64,000 nucleotides of DNA, taken from NCBI GenBank assembly GCA_965219455.1, contig OZ244744.1, positions 4,736,001 to 4,800,000 of the forward strand, written 5' to 3'. The translations under genes were made by a program, and so were the position numbers. The notes under the pieces were generated by a model. It was not told the origin of the DNA. It was given only the letters and a program-made list of their open reading frames with translations, and searched no databases. Below are positions 51,301 through 62,432 of this stretch, piece by piece. The first letter of the stretch is position 1, and each line of letters opens with the position of its first letter. The stretch comes from Candidatus Latescibacterota bacterium (GTDB taxonomy: Bacteria > Latescibacterota > UBA2968 > GCA-2709665).

Positions 51301-52625
51301 GGGAGGGGTACGGCCTGCTGCGGGTCATGGACCCGGACGAGCGGCCCCACCCGCGCGATGTGGTGATCTACGAGGCCCTGCCCAACGAGTTGCCCCGCGT
51401 GGCCGGCATCGTCAGCACCGTGCTCCAAACGCCGCTGTCACATGTCAACCTGCGCGCCATTCAGGACGGCATCCCCAATTCCTTCATCGCCGACGCGCTC
51501 GACAACAGCTCTATCAACACTCTCATCGGCGGCTACGTCCGCTACACGGTGACGGATAGAGGCTGGAGCCTGCGCGCTGCCACGCCCGCAGAAGTCGATG
51601 CCCACTACGAGTCTTCCCGGCCCGCCCATGAACAGATCCCGCAACGGGACCTCGATGTCACCAAAATCACGCCGCTCAGTGAGATCGGCTTCGATGACTG
51701 GGACGCGTTCGGCGTCAAGGCGGCCAACGTGGCGGTGCTGGGGACGCTGGGGTTTCCGGAGGGGACCGTGCCCGACGGCTTCGCGATTCCGTTCTATTTC
51801 TACGACGAGTTCATGAAGCACAACGGGTTCTACACCCGCATTGAAACCATGCTGGCGGACGAAGCTTTCCAGACGGACTTCGAAGCCCAGGCGGACTCAC
51901 TCAAGAAGCTGCGCAAGGCCATCGAAGACGCGGAGACGCCGGATTGGATCGTCTCGGCAATCGAGACAATGAATGAGTCTTTCTCCGAGGGGATCAACCG
52001 CCGCTACCGGTCCAGCACCAACAACGAGGACCTGCCCGGGTTCAACGGCGCGGGGCTGTACGACTCCAAGAGCCAGAAGCCGAGCGAGGACGAGAAGGAT
52101 CTCGCCAAGTCCCTCAAGGAGGTGTACGCCGGTCTGTGGAACTTCCGCGCCTTCGTCGAACGCGACTTCCATCACATCGACCACCTGGCGGCGGCGATGG
52201 GGGTGCTGGTGCATCCCAGCTACAGGGACGAACTGGCCAACGGCGTGGCCGTCAGCTTCGACCCCATCTACGGCAGAGACAGACGCTACTACGTCAACAC
52301 GCAGGTCGGCGAGGATCTGGTCACCAATCCCGACGCGCACTCGGTGCCGGAGGAAGTCCTGTTGAACCCGCCTTCTGTTTCTCTCCCTTACACCGTCCTT
52401 GGGACCTCCAACCAGGTGCCGCCGGGGCAACTCCTCATGAGCCGTGACCAAATGCGCCAGTTGAGAGAACATCTCGAGGTGATCCACGAGGAGTTCGCGG
52501 AGCTGTACGACCCCGCACCCGGTGAACCGTTCGCCATGGAGATCGAGTTCAAGATCACCAGCGACAACATCCTGGCGATCAAGCAGGCGCGTCCCTGGGT
52601 CTTCGGCGCCCAGGTCGATGAGTGA
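48336..52625 (+). CDS. Modular surface protein 4 (intact): shared N-terminus plus PEP-utilizer-like His-swivel and PEP/pyruvate-binding ATP-grasp domains
   Basis: 'TPLSHVNLRA', 'GVKAANV', 'VPDGFAIP', 'RSSTNNEDLPGFNGAGLYDS', 'MEIEFK', 'KQARP'. Confidence 0.85.
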   Translation: MMSFQMQRRGIERLEARRRTKFPETGFFRLALGVAGLVWLALFISPWSSSTQPSGFSLALDLDDAAGDQAVSSLDVSPEQVFPIQIFAMDIQNAAGISMRFGYDGTQVSYEGFDPGEALPDANALVEEDSTSVRIDVSSLSGSATVNAGWIGTVRFRTTAMFSDTEIWLVHAELARGEQEEAISPALGVALQVTALPSSDFDGNGQVGFSDFLAFGDAYGSRHGDETYRAKYDLNGDGGIGFDDLLIFAERFGDAVNRAPVFVAAPPVTRSLEENTSAGQPIGDPVIATDADEDSLTYSLRGAYVDRFSIGAGTGQLLTRDGVAYDHEASDAYSLTVRVSDGQGGRAVVAVGIRVTDVDEPPGAPGGVAVTPRNSALLVSWNAAPDEAGRPPVSGYEVTHRRGDAGDWQEALMLEGRGDTSVTITRLNNERTHQARVRSFNDEGASPWSEPVAGAPTAGPKVARGIPDQSLYTGGGNGRVNLAVAFTRPGGRPLSYAAASSDSTIAAVSVSDSMATLRPVAGGRVTVTATASDVWGNGAQTTFNVVVTSGPPPPPRPPPQPPSPPPPRRPPPPRPPPGPNQAPTFNDGSSTSRSVAENTLANQNVQHPVSATDADRHPLTYRLGGNDAGSFAINASNGQLRTRAGATYDYEVKNRYSVTVEADDRNGGAATIGVAIHSWPHDGPGTTTTIPDLEVNTRYEVQVRAHNDEGESEWSASGFGRICSEGDAPTPVEVTVTAVPIVVASTTDEYFVLYVRHDVDGATVEVPVLVKRGEAGTTALAENVAALPKERYRVEKYLVADPADVDGDCIDDLTELDTVGMNPVNPAAAIALTEGALAIPDLETFETLSLYGFVKFIVVGIDTHQPGIYFANTKTYEQHADFREALGFEWYEAIDGGFEYDPDLVAPDGNPGVYYYYLEPSYSFSLAARFYTVCAASMPLLEDNLAYHIRNYQLPHFQSDLPLFSESRIPLVFEEDIRRETTFLALNPGEGYGLLRVMDPDERPHPRDVVIYEALPNELPRVAGIVSTVLQTPLSHVNLRAIQDGIPNSFIADALDNSSINTLIGGYVRYTVTDRGWSLRAATPAEVDAHYESSRPAHEQIPQRDLDVTKITPLSEIGFDDWDAFGVKAANVAVLGTLGFPEGTVPDGFAIPFYFYDEFMKHNGFYTRIETMLADEAFQTDFEAQADSLKKLRKAIEDAETPDWIVSAIETMNESFSEGINRRYRSSTNNEDLPGFNGAGLYDSKSQKPSEDEKDLAKSLKEVYAGLWNFRAFVERDFHHIDHLAAAMGVLVHPSYRDELANGVAVSFDPIYGRDRRYYVNTQVGEDLVTNPDAHSVPEEVLLNPPSVSLPYTVLGTSNQVPPGQLLMSRDQMRQLREHLEVIHEEFAELYDPAPGEPFAMEIEFKITSDNILAIKQARPWVFGAQVDE

Positions 52626-52720
52626 TTCCGGCGGTGAGAGAGGCCAGCGGTGCGAAGGGCACGGCGGGCGGGAGCCGAAAGCAGGCGTGCCCGGGCCCGC
52701 CGCGACGCGGGCATCTCCGT

Positions 52721-52748
52721 GTAGGGGCGACCGGCCGGTCGCCCCTAC
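52721..52748. repeat. Perfect 28-bp GTAG-type REP palindrome
   Basis: GTAGGGGCGACCGGCCGGTCGCCCCTAC. Confidence 0.85.
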
Positions 52749-52777
52749 GCCATGAAGGCTGAACCAGGTATTGATAG

Positions 52778-54184
52778 ATGAAAATCTACTCTGGGTTTTT
52801 TCCCCTCGCGTTCGGCATCGCGTGCCTGGTGTGGCTGGTGCTGTTCATTTCCCCGTGGTCGTCGTCGACGCAGCCGTCCGGCTTTTCGCTCGCGCTGGAC
52901 CTGGACGATGCCGCGGGCGACCAGGCCGTATCCTCGCTTGACCTCATACCCGATCAGTCCTTTTCCATACAGATTTTCGGCAGTGATATTCAGAATACCC
53001 GCGGCATATCCATGCGCTTCCGATACGATGGGACCCAGGTTTCGTACGAAGGCTTCGACCCCGGCGAGGCGCTGCCCGATGCCAATGCGCTTGTCGAAGA
53101 GGATTCGACGTCGGTCCGGATCGATGTTTCGTCGCTGAGCGGGTCGGCAACGGTGAACGCGGGTTGGATCGGCACGGTTCGTTTTCGCACCACGGCCTTG
53201 TTTTCGGATACGGAGATCTGGTTGGTACACGCAGAACTTTCCCGGGGCGGAGGGTCCGAGGCAATATCGCCCGCCCTCGGTGTCGCGCTACAGGTCACCG
53301 CGCCGCCGTCCCCCGACTTCGACGGCAACGGGCTTGTGGGTTTTTCCGACTTTGTGGCCTTTAGCGACGCATACGGTTCCCGGCCTGGCGATGAAAACTA
53401 CAGCGCGAAGTACGACCTGAACGGCGACGGCAGCATCGGCTTCGACGACCTGCTGATCTTCGCCGAGCGTTTCGGCGATGCGGTCAACCGCGCGCCGGTC
53501 TTCGTCGCTGCGCCCCCGGTCACGCGCTCACTGGAAGAGAATACTTCGGCTGGCCAGCCCATCGGCAACCCGGTCATCGCTACCGACGCGGATGAAGATT
53601 CCCTTACGTACAGCCTGCGCGGCGCGTATGCGGACCGTTTTTCCATTGGCGCGGGCACGGGTCAGCTTCTCACCAGGGACGGCGTGGCCTACGACCACGA
53701 AGCGGGGGAGGCATATTCGCTAACCGTGCGGGTCAGCGACGGGCAGGGGGGCCGCGCCGGCGTTGGGGTGGGCATAGAGGTGACCGACGTGGACGAGCCC
53801 CCCGGCGCGCCCGGGGGCGTGGCGGTGATACCGCGCAACAGCGCCCTGCTGGTAAGCTGGAACGCGGCGCCCGACGAGGCGGGCAGGCCCCCGGTAAGCG
53901 GATACGAGGTGACGCACCGGAGGGGGGATGCCGGCAACTGGCAGGAAGCGCTGATGCTGGACGGCCGCGGGGATACCAGCGTGACGATCACGCGTCTGAA
54001 CAACGAACGCATCCACCAGGCGCGCGTGCGCAGTTTCAACGATGAGGGCGCAAGCCCGTGGTCGGAGCCCGTGGTCGGAGCCCGTGGTCGGAGCCCGTTG
54101 CGGGGGCGCCCACGGCGGGGCCGCAAGTGGCGCGCGGCATCCCGGACCAGAGTCTCTACACGGGCGGGGGTAACGGTCGCGTGA
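52778..54184 (+). CDS. Modular surface protein 5, N-terminal part; frameshifted by 13-bp tandem repeat
   Basis: Cohesin-like, dockerin-like, cadherin, FN3; homology changes frame at 54053-54098. Confidence 0.8.
   Translation: MKIYSGFFPLAFGIACLVWLVLFISPWSSSTQPSGFSLALDLDDAAGDQAVSSLDLIPDQSFSIQIFGSDIQNTRGISMRFRYDGTQVSYEGFDPGEALPDANALVEEDSTSVRIDVSSLSGSATVNAGWIGTVRFRTTALFSDTEIWLVHAELSRGGGSEAISPALGVALQVTAPPSPDFDGNGLVGFSDFVAFSDAYGSRPGDENYSAKYDLNGDGSIGFDDLLIFAERFGDAVNRAPVFVAAPPVTRSLEENTSAGQPIGNPVIATDADEDSLTYSLRGAYADRFSIGAGTGQLLTRDGVAYDHEAGEAYSLTVRVSDGQGGRAGVGVGIEVTDVDEPPGAPGGVAVIPRNSALLVSWNAAPDEAGRPPVSGYEVTHRRGDAGNWQEALMLDGRGDTSVTITRLNNERIHQARVRSFNDEGASPWSEPVVGARGRSPLRGRPRRGRKWRAASRTRVSTRAGVTVA
54053..54098 (+). 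repeat. 13-bp tandem repeat (AGCCCGTGGTCGG) x3.5
   Basis: Single unit at the equivalent position of protein 4. Confidence 0.9.
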
Positions 54185-56043
54185 ACCTGGCCATCGCGTT
54201 CACCCGTCCGGGCGGGAGGCCGCTGAGTTACGCCGCGGCATCGTCCGACAGCACCATCGCGGCCGTGAGCGTGTCGGATTCGATGGCGACGTTGCTCCCG
54301 GTGGCCGGGGGGCGCGTCACCATCACCGCGACGGCCAGCGACGTGTGGGGCAACGGCGCGAAGACGACGTTTAACGTTGTGGTGACATCGGGGCCGCCGC
54401 CCCCGGCGCGTCCGCCGCCGCCGCCGTCACCACCTCCGCCGCGACGGCCTCCTCCTCCACGACCGCCGCCGCCGCGACCTCCACCGGGTCCTAATCAGGC
54501 GCCAACCTTCAACGAAGGTGTGAGCACCTCGCGCAGCGTGGCCGAGAACACCCGACCGAACCAGGACATCCAGCACCCGGTCAGCGCCACCGATGGTGAC
54601 GGTCACCGCCTGACCTACCGTCTCAGCGGGGACGATGCCGGTTCCTTCGCCATTATCTCAAGCAACGGCCAGCTTCGCACCCGGTCGGGCGTTACGTACA
54701 ACCACGAGGACAAGGACCGCTATGAAGTCACCGTGGAAGCCGACGACCGCAACGGGGGCGCGGCCACGATTGGCGTCACCATCCACGTGGCCGACGTCGA
54801 GGAACCGCCGGAAGCGCCGGCCCGGCCCCGGGTCGAGGCAGCTTCGTCCACCAGCCTGACCGTGACCTGGACCGAGCCGGTTAACACCGGACCCCAGGTC
54901 GACGACTACGACGTGCAGTATCGGACGGGCAGCGGCAACTTTATCCCCTGGCCGCACAACAGCGCGGACCTGACCGCAACCATCACCAACCTGACCCCGG
55001 GCGCGAGCTATGAGGTACGGGTGCGCGCAACAAACGACGAAGGCACGGGCGAATGGTCGCCATCGGGCGTGGGGACGACACATGGCCGACTCATCAGCGT
55101 CTGCGATCGCGTGCCGCCGATACGCGAAGCGATCGTGAACGCGATTCCCGGCGTGGATGCGTGCGGAGACGTGTCGGCGAGCCATCTGGCGTCGATTGTG
55201 GCGCTGGACGTGAGACACAAGGATGCAACGGGACTGGATGCCGACGACTTTGCCGGTCTGACGGGCATGGAGGACCTCGTGTTGGAGCACGTCGATATAG
55301 GGGTGTTGCCCAACGCGGTCTTTTCCGGTCTGATCTCCCTGAAAAAGATCAAGATATACGACGCCTTTCTGAGCGAATTGAATGCCGGTATCTTTGCCGG
55401 CCTGCCAGCGCTCGAAACCCTCGACTTGCGCGCCAACTTCCTGACCACCTTGCCCGCAGGCGTATTTTCCACGCTGCCGAGCCTGAAGACAATCTCTCTG
55501 TGGGGCAACAGGTTGAGTTCCGTGGATGTCCGTGCTTTTTCGGGGCTGCCTGCGCTACGGAACCTCTCCCTGGCCGGCAACCAATTCAGCACCCTTCCTG
55601 AGAATGTGTTTTCCAATCTGCCGGCGCTGGAAAAGCTCTACCTGTCTTACAACCAATTCAGCACCTTGCCAGAGGGCGTATTTTCCGGGTTGGAAACCCT
55701 GAAACAACTCGATCTGGTTGGCAATCCCGTCGATCCCTTGCCTATTATGGTGTCGCTGGAACGCGCCGGTGCGGGCCAATTCAAGGCCAAAGCGCACACC
55801 GGCGCGCCCTTTGATATCGTTTTGCCGATCAGTGTCGCCAACGGCGCCATTGACGGTGGGACGAGCAATATCACGATCCATCGAGGCCGGGTCGAAAGCG
55901 ACGTCCTCAGGGTATCTCATACCGCTGGCGCAACTTCGGCCGTAAGCGTAGATATCGAACGGTTGCCTGCACTGCCACAATTCCATCAAGGCTATACTCT
56001 CGTCAAGTCCACTGCTGACTTGCCGCTGGTCGTTTTGGAATGA
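54058..56043 (+). CDS. Modular surface protein 5, C-terminal part (Ig, poly-Pro, cadherin, FN3, LRR)
   Basis: Cys cap 'CDRVPPIREAIV...C', ~24-aa LRRs, post-LRR domain homologous to protein 2. Confidence 0.85.
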   Translation: MVGARGRSPWSEPVAGAPTAGPQVARGIPDQSLYTGGGNGRVNLAIAFTRPGGRPLSYAAASSDSTIAAVSVSDSMATLLPVAGGRVTITATASDVWGNGAKTTFNVVVTSGPPPPARPPPPPSPPPPRRPPPPRPPPPRPPPGPNQAPTFNEGVSTSRSVAENTRPNQDIQHPVSATDGDGHRLTYRLSGDDAGSFAIISSNGQLRTRSGVTYNHEDKDRYEVTVEADDRNGGAATIGVTIHVADVEEPPEAPARPRVEAASSTSLTVTWTEPVNTGPQVDDYDVQYRTGSGNFIPWPHNSADLTATITNLTPGASYEVRVRATNDEGTGEWSPSGVGTTHGRLISVCDRVPPIREAIVNAIPGVDACGDVSASHLASIVALDVRHKDATGLDADDFAGLTGMEDLVLEHVDIGVLPNAVFSGLISLKKIKIYDAFLSELNAGIFAGLPALETLDLRANFLTTLPAGVFSTLPSLKTISLWGNRLSSVDVRAFSGLPALRNLSLAGNQFSTLPENVFSNLPALEKLYLSYNQFSTLPEGVFSGLETLKQLDLVGNPVDPLPIMVSLERAGAGQFKAKAHTGAPFDIVLPISVANGAIDGGTSNITIHRGRVESDVLRVSHTAGATSAVSVDIERLPALPQFHQGYTLVKSTADLPLVVLE

Positions 56044-56069
56044 ACTGCGGGGTGAATGGGACGGACTGC

Positions 56070-56236
56070 TAGTGTTCTGTCCCGGAAATAGGTTGCCTAA
56101 ATTCAGCCGACGAGTCGCCCGACCCGCAAGGCGCCTGAGCGCAGGCGACCTGCGTAGGGTCGGCGAGCGAATGCAACGCAGCGAGACGGGATGAATCGGC
56201 GGCCGAATGGTTAGATATTTTTGGGACAGAGCACTA
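56070..56236. mobile_element. MITE-like element, ~167 bp
   Basis: Terminal inverted repeats TAGTGTTCTGTCCC..AAATA / TATTT..GGGACAGAGCACTA; supplies the TAG stop of the adjacent PhyH gene. Confidence 0.75.
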
Positions 56237-56941
56237 CTTCCGGGGTACGTTGCCGTCGTAGAGTCGTTCGCCGCGCACCAACATCCGGTGGGGATTCTCC
56301 AAGTCGGCGATTTCGTCCACGCTGTGGTAACCCACGGTCATACTCATCCGGGTGCCGTCCGTTTGATTCTGTCCAACGCCGTGCATAATCATGCTGTCGA
56401 TGACGAGCATGCCGCCTTCGGGCATGGGCACGGGCAGGGCCTGGCCCAGGAGAGTTCGAGTCGATGCGTCGGCGTAGAGACGGCCTTTGACGCCCGGAAA
56501 ATGGTGTGAGCCGGGCACGACCAGGGTGCATCCGTTTTCCACCGTTGTTTCCTGCAGGTAGAAGATAACGGTGAAGATGGTCCGTGACCACTGCCGGACG
56601 TCCCGGTGCAACCCCTCCGGCCGGTTCTCCGAGGCCAGGCGGAGCGTGGCGTGGTTGTGCCGGTTTTTGATGAGTTCTATGTTGGGGCCCAGAAGGGATT
56701 CCAGGGGATCCAGGACCAGTGGGCTGGAAGCCGTTTCGAAGAAAACGGGTTCTCTGTCCACCACGCCCGAAATGCGTACGACACGTCCTTCCCTGTCACG
56801 CACGACCGGTTCCACCTCTTCGCGGAAGTTCCTCAAGATCGTCTTCTTGAGCTTTTCAACCTGTTCTCCCGGGAGCCGGTTTTCCAATTTGAGGAAGCCG
56901 TTGTGGCGAAACAGGTGTACCTGCTCGGATGTGAGTGACAT
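56234..56941 (-). CDS. Phytanoyl-CoA dioxygenase (PhyH) family protein
   Basis: 'LFRHNGFL', LHRD, 'ENGCTLVVPGSHH', 'MHGVGQN...R'. Confidence 0.85.
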   Translation of the reverse strand: MSLTSEQVHLFRHNGFLKLENRLPGEQVEKLKKTILRNFREEVEPVVRDREGRVVRISGVVDREPVFFETASSPLVLDPLESLLGPNIELIKNRHNHATLRLASENRPEGLHRDVRQWSRTIFTVIFYLQETTVENGCTLVVPGSHHFPGVKGRLYADASTRTLLGQALPVPMPEGGMLVIDSMIMHGVGQNQTDGTRMSMTVGYHSVDEIADLENPHRMLVRGERLYDGNVPRK

Positions 56942-56994
56942 TGGGGTTTCTCCGGTTGGCGCGGGTGACAAAAGCAATCAGCGAACAGCTGTCA

Positions 56995-58973
<1,979 letters not shown>

Positions 58974-59229
58974 GTTCTCAGCTTAACCGTTTGGCGATAT
59001 CCAATCGCCGATGTACACGCCGTTATGTGGGCGACCGGCCGGTCGCCCCTACACATACCGATCGGCGGTCCTGCTGCGACACCTCACGACCGCCCGGTGG
59101 ATCGGAGGGGGCTTTTCCGCGCTATTCCGTTCAACAACATAGTCCGGGAATGCCTGCGCAGGCCGCAGGGCAACGGCTTCGCGTTCTTTCCACAGCGGTG
59201 GTTCGCGGAAAAGCAGCCCCGCGGCGTCT

Positions 59230-59302
59230 GAGCGGCGCCCTTCTTTTTCGCCCTTTTTCTTGGGCGATGCAAGAAAAAGGGCAAGGGAATAGGGGACGTT
59301 AG
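59230..59302 (+). repeat. 73-bp hairpin repeat, copy 4 (filled site)
   Basis: Matches copy 3 up to CGTTAG, where the 3.26-kb element begins. Confidence 0.9.
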
Positions 59303-59518
59303 AGTCTTACAGTGTGACTTCTACGCAAAATGCGTAGATAATTATTCATGCTGCTTGTTTAGCCTCAATGCGAAAATAATGTTGATGAATTTCGGGGTAT
59401 TGAAGACTAAGCGAGAATGCGAATAAGTCTATATTTTTCAATAGGAAAAGGCCTTCCATTTTGGTATATTGGGAAGCGACAAACGACCCATTTAACCCAA
59501 AACGAAAGGCCACGTACA

Positions 59519-60898
59519 GTGAGACGAAAGAAAGCGGATTTGCACGCGCGTGTCAACGACAATTTGAAGATGGAATTCACCGGTGAAGGCCTCACCTCGT
59601 ATGCGGGTTTGGAACTGTTGATGCGATATTTGCGAAACGTGGATTGGAACAGGCAGTTGCGCCGTCACCTGGGCAGTGTGGGCTTTGGCGGCGATTTCGG
59701 TGTGGTGAGCCTGTGCCGTGTTCTGTTGGGTTTGCTGTGGGTAGGCGGCCGTCGGTTGCGGCATCTGGATTTCTTGAAAGGAGATCCCCTGCTGCAGCGG
59801 TTTTGCGGTCTGACGGATCTACCGACCCCCCGCAGCGTGAGTACGTTTCTGAGACGGTTTTCCGACAAGGGTCTCAACGCCCTGAAAGCCCTCAACGCCG
59901 ACGTGGTTGCCCATAAGATCAACCTGTTGCGCGCCCGAAAATTGACGATCGACGTGGACGGCACCGTCTTGTGCACCGGAAAACGCGTCGGCGGTGCCCG
60001 CCGCGGGTATAATCCGCATCATCGCAAAGTCCCCAGTTACTATCCGATCACCGCCTACCTGGCCGACAGTGGTCATTTTCTGGGCGTGCACAACCGGGCA
60101 GGCAACGTCAATGATGGCAGCGCCTCCATCCTGTTTCTAAAGGACGTGTTTTCCCAGATCAAAGAGACCTTGGGACACGCCTACACTCTGCGATTCCGCA
60201 TGGATGGCGCCTTTTTCAAAGAGGATGTGGTGAACACGCTCATCAAGAACAAGGCCTCGTATGCCATCAAGGTACCCTTCTGGAAAGGCCTGGACTTACA
60301 GCACAAAATCCGTCAATGCAGCAACTGGCAGCGCATCGAGAAGGGCGTCGACGGCTTCACGTCAACGCTGACGGTCAAAAAATGGAAACGCACCCTCAAC
60401 ATTGCCATCTTTCGAAAACGCGTGATGCATCAAACCCGAAAGAACTACCAGTTGGACCTGTTCGATCCCGATGATGGCACCTTCGAATACAGTGCGGTGG
60501 CTACCAATCTACCCTTCAAGTTGCGCGCGCTCTGGCGCTTCATGGCAGGCCGTGGTGCCCACGAAAAAGCCATTGGCGAACTCAAGACCGGACTTAGCTT
60601 CGATACCATCCCCACGCACCATTACCACGCCAATAGTGCCTGGCAACAGTTCGTCATTCTCGCGCACAACCTCCTGGTCAACTTCCAAATCGAAACCGGA
60701 CTCACAAAACGCAATCGCACCTTGAAAAATACCAACCGATGGCCGCTCAAATCCATACGTACTCTCCGGTTCGAGCTCATCAACCGAGCCGGACACCTCG
60801 TGCGACCCGAAGGGCGTCTAACCCTGCGCCTCCAACGCAACAAGCACACCGAAAAACAATACCGTAAAATCTGCAACGCGCTCCAGAAAGCCGCCTGA
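59519..60898 (+). CDS. IS1380-family DDE transposase
   Basis: 'LTSYAGL', 'IDVDGT', 'GYNP....SYYP', 'RMDGAF', 'RG.HEK.I.ELK', 'AN.AW.....LAHNL'. Confidence 0.88.
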   Translation: MRRKKADLHARVNDNLKMEFTGEGLTSYAGLELLMRYLRNVDWNRQLRRHLGSVGFGGDFGVVSLCRVLLGLLWVGGRRLRHLDFLKGDPLLQRFCGLTDLPTPRSVSTFLRRFSDKGLNALKALNADVVAHKINLLRARKLTIDVDGTVLCTGKRVGGARRGYNPHHRKVPSYYPITAYLADSGHFLGVHNRAGNVNDGSASILFLKDVFSQIKETLGHAYTLRFRMDGAFFKEDVVNTLIKNKASYAIKVPFWKGLDLQHKIRQCSNWQRIEKGVDGFTSTLTVKKWKRTLNIAIFRKRVMHQTRKNYQLDLFDPDDGTFEYSAVATNLPFKLRALWRFMAGRGAHEKAIGELKTGLSFDTIPTHHYHANSAWQQFVILAHNLLVNFQIETGLTKRNRTLKNTNRWPLKSIRTLRFELINRAGHLVRPEGRLTLRLQRNKHTEKQYRKICNALQKAA

Positions 60899-60899
60899 T

Positions 60900-62432
60900 T
60901 TATTTCACATTGAGGTTAATTGTAGGGTGTTGATGGTAAAGGGTCAAAGACAAGGCGAGTATTTTGTGCCCTTCGGGTGTGACGCGCCACCGTCTGGACC
61001 GTGGGATTTTTGCAATAAGGCCGCGGACGTGTAGGCGTTTGAGGCGGCGGCTGGTGGCATTGGCGTGCCGAGTGCGTTGCAGCAGGGATGCTGGATGTTG
61101 GAAGAGGTGTGTTCGGATGTCCTGGTTGCGGAAGCCCATCAGGGCGTGTTCGCCTTTCAACACAGCGGTAAACAGGGCGAGGTCGGCAGGGTCGGCGGGG
61201 TTGAAGCCCCGATAGGTACGTCCCTTGTGCCTGCGTGGCCGCGCCAGTGTGGTGAGGCTTTGATGTCCGGTAGCGGCGTCAGGGGCTGCGGACAGCGCCT
61301 GAAAGTAGCGTTGGTTGGCCGTCAACGAGATTTCCCGATAGCGGTAGAGGTTGGCCACGCCTTTGGCCATGGGATACCAGCCCATCACGCGTTGTCCTCG
61401 CCGTATGCCCCAGCGGCGGACCTTGAACTGCCTTGGATGGTTGATCACTGTTTCGACGCGTAGTACGCACCCGTGTTTGTCGTACATTTTAATCCAGTTC
61501 TCGCACATCCGGTGTTTGACTCTTGCGCCTTTGTGGCGTTTGTTTTTGAAGTCCGTGAGGACTTCGCCCTGAAAATTGCCGTGGAGTTTGCGGCCCAGGA
61601 AGGTCAAGATGTCCTGGGGAGAGAAGCACAGCACCGTGTGTCTGAGCAGGTTTTCATACAGCACCTTCAGGGCGTGGGGGCTTTGGAACATCACGTCGGT
61701 GGCGAACTCGGCCTGGTCAACGACCCAGTAGTAGTCCTTGCCCGAAAGCAGGTCGTTGAGCAGGGGGTTGACCTTGCGGGCGAACGCCGAGAGAATGCGC
61801 GGCCAATTCTTGCCCACAAAACGATCGGCAAAGCGTTGCGCCCGGTCCACATCGGCAATCCATAGAAAAGCGTTGTCTGATTTTTCATAGGCGATGCCGT
61901 GTTGCTCGAGCTTGCGCGCCAAGAACTCGTGGCCATTGAGACAGATCTGCACCACCAGCGGGAACCAGGACTGGATGCGGATATGCATCAACCCGAACTC
62001 CCGGTCAATCCAGTAAAAGTAGTAGCATAGGCATTTCCGTTGTGCGTTGATCAGGCGAGGCCTTCCTTCCCCTGGAACCAGCTTGAAACTCTGGCAGCCT
62101 TCCAGGGCCCGAAACACACAGACCAGGCCTTGCGTGATCCCATCGTGTTTTGCCAACCGTCGCGCTTCGTCCTCTTTCCTGATGGTGTTGCGTTGCAGAT
62201 AGATGAACGGGCGCTCGTGCTTGTTTGCCATCGCCTCCGCGTGGGCTTTGATCGTATCGGAATGCGTCATCACAAAACGCTTGAAGTCCTTCAACAATAA
62301 ACCCTGATTGCTGATGAACCGCTCCATCGCAGTTCCAAATCCCAGCGGCAGGTACCCTTTGAACAGAACCCGATCAAAACAGGATACCACTCCGGTGATT
62401 TATTCACTACATTGGTCCACGAAGTCTTTCAC
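60900..62432 (-). CDS. Uncharacterised mobile-element protein with Rep_trans-like motifs and C-terminal winged HTH; TAA at codon 11
   Basis: 'EFATD', 'KMYDK', 'LRVE'; wHTH 'LKRLHVRGLIAKIPRSRRWRVT'; AAGGAGG RBS before GTG 62432; open frame 60900..62390. Confidence 0.65.
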
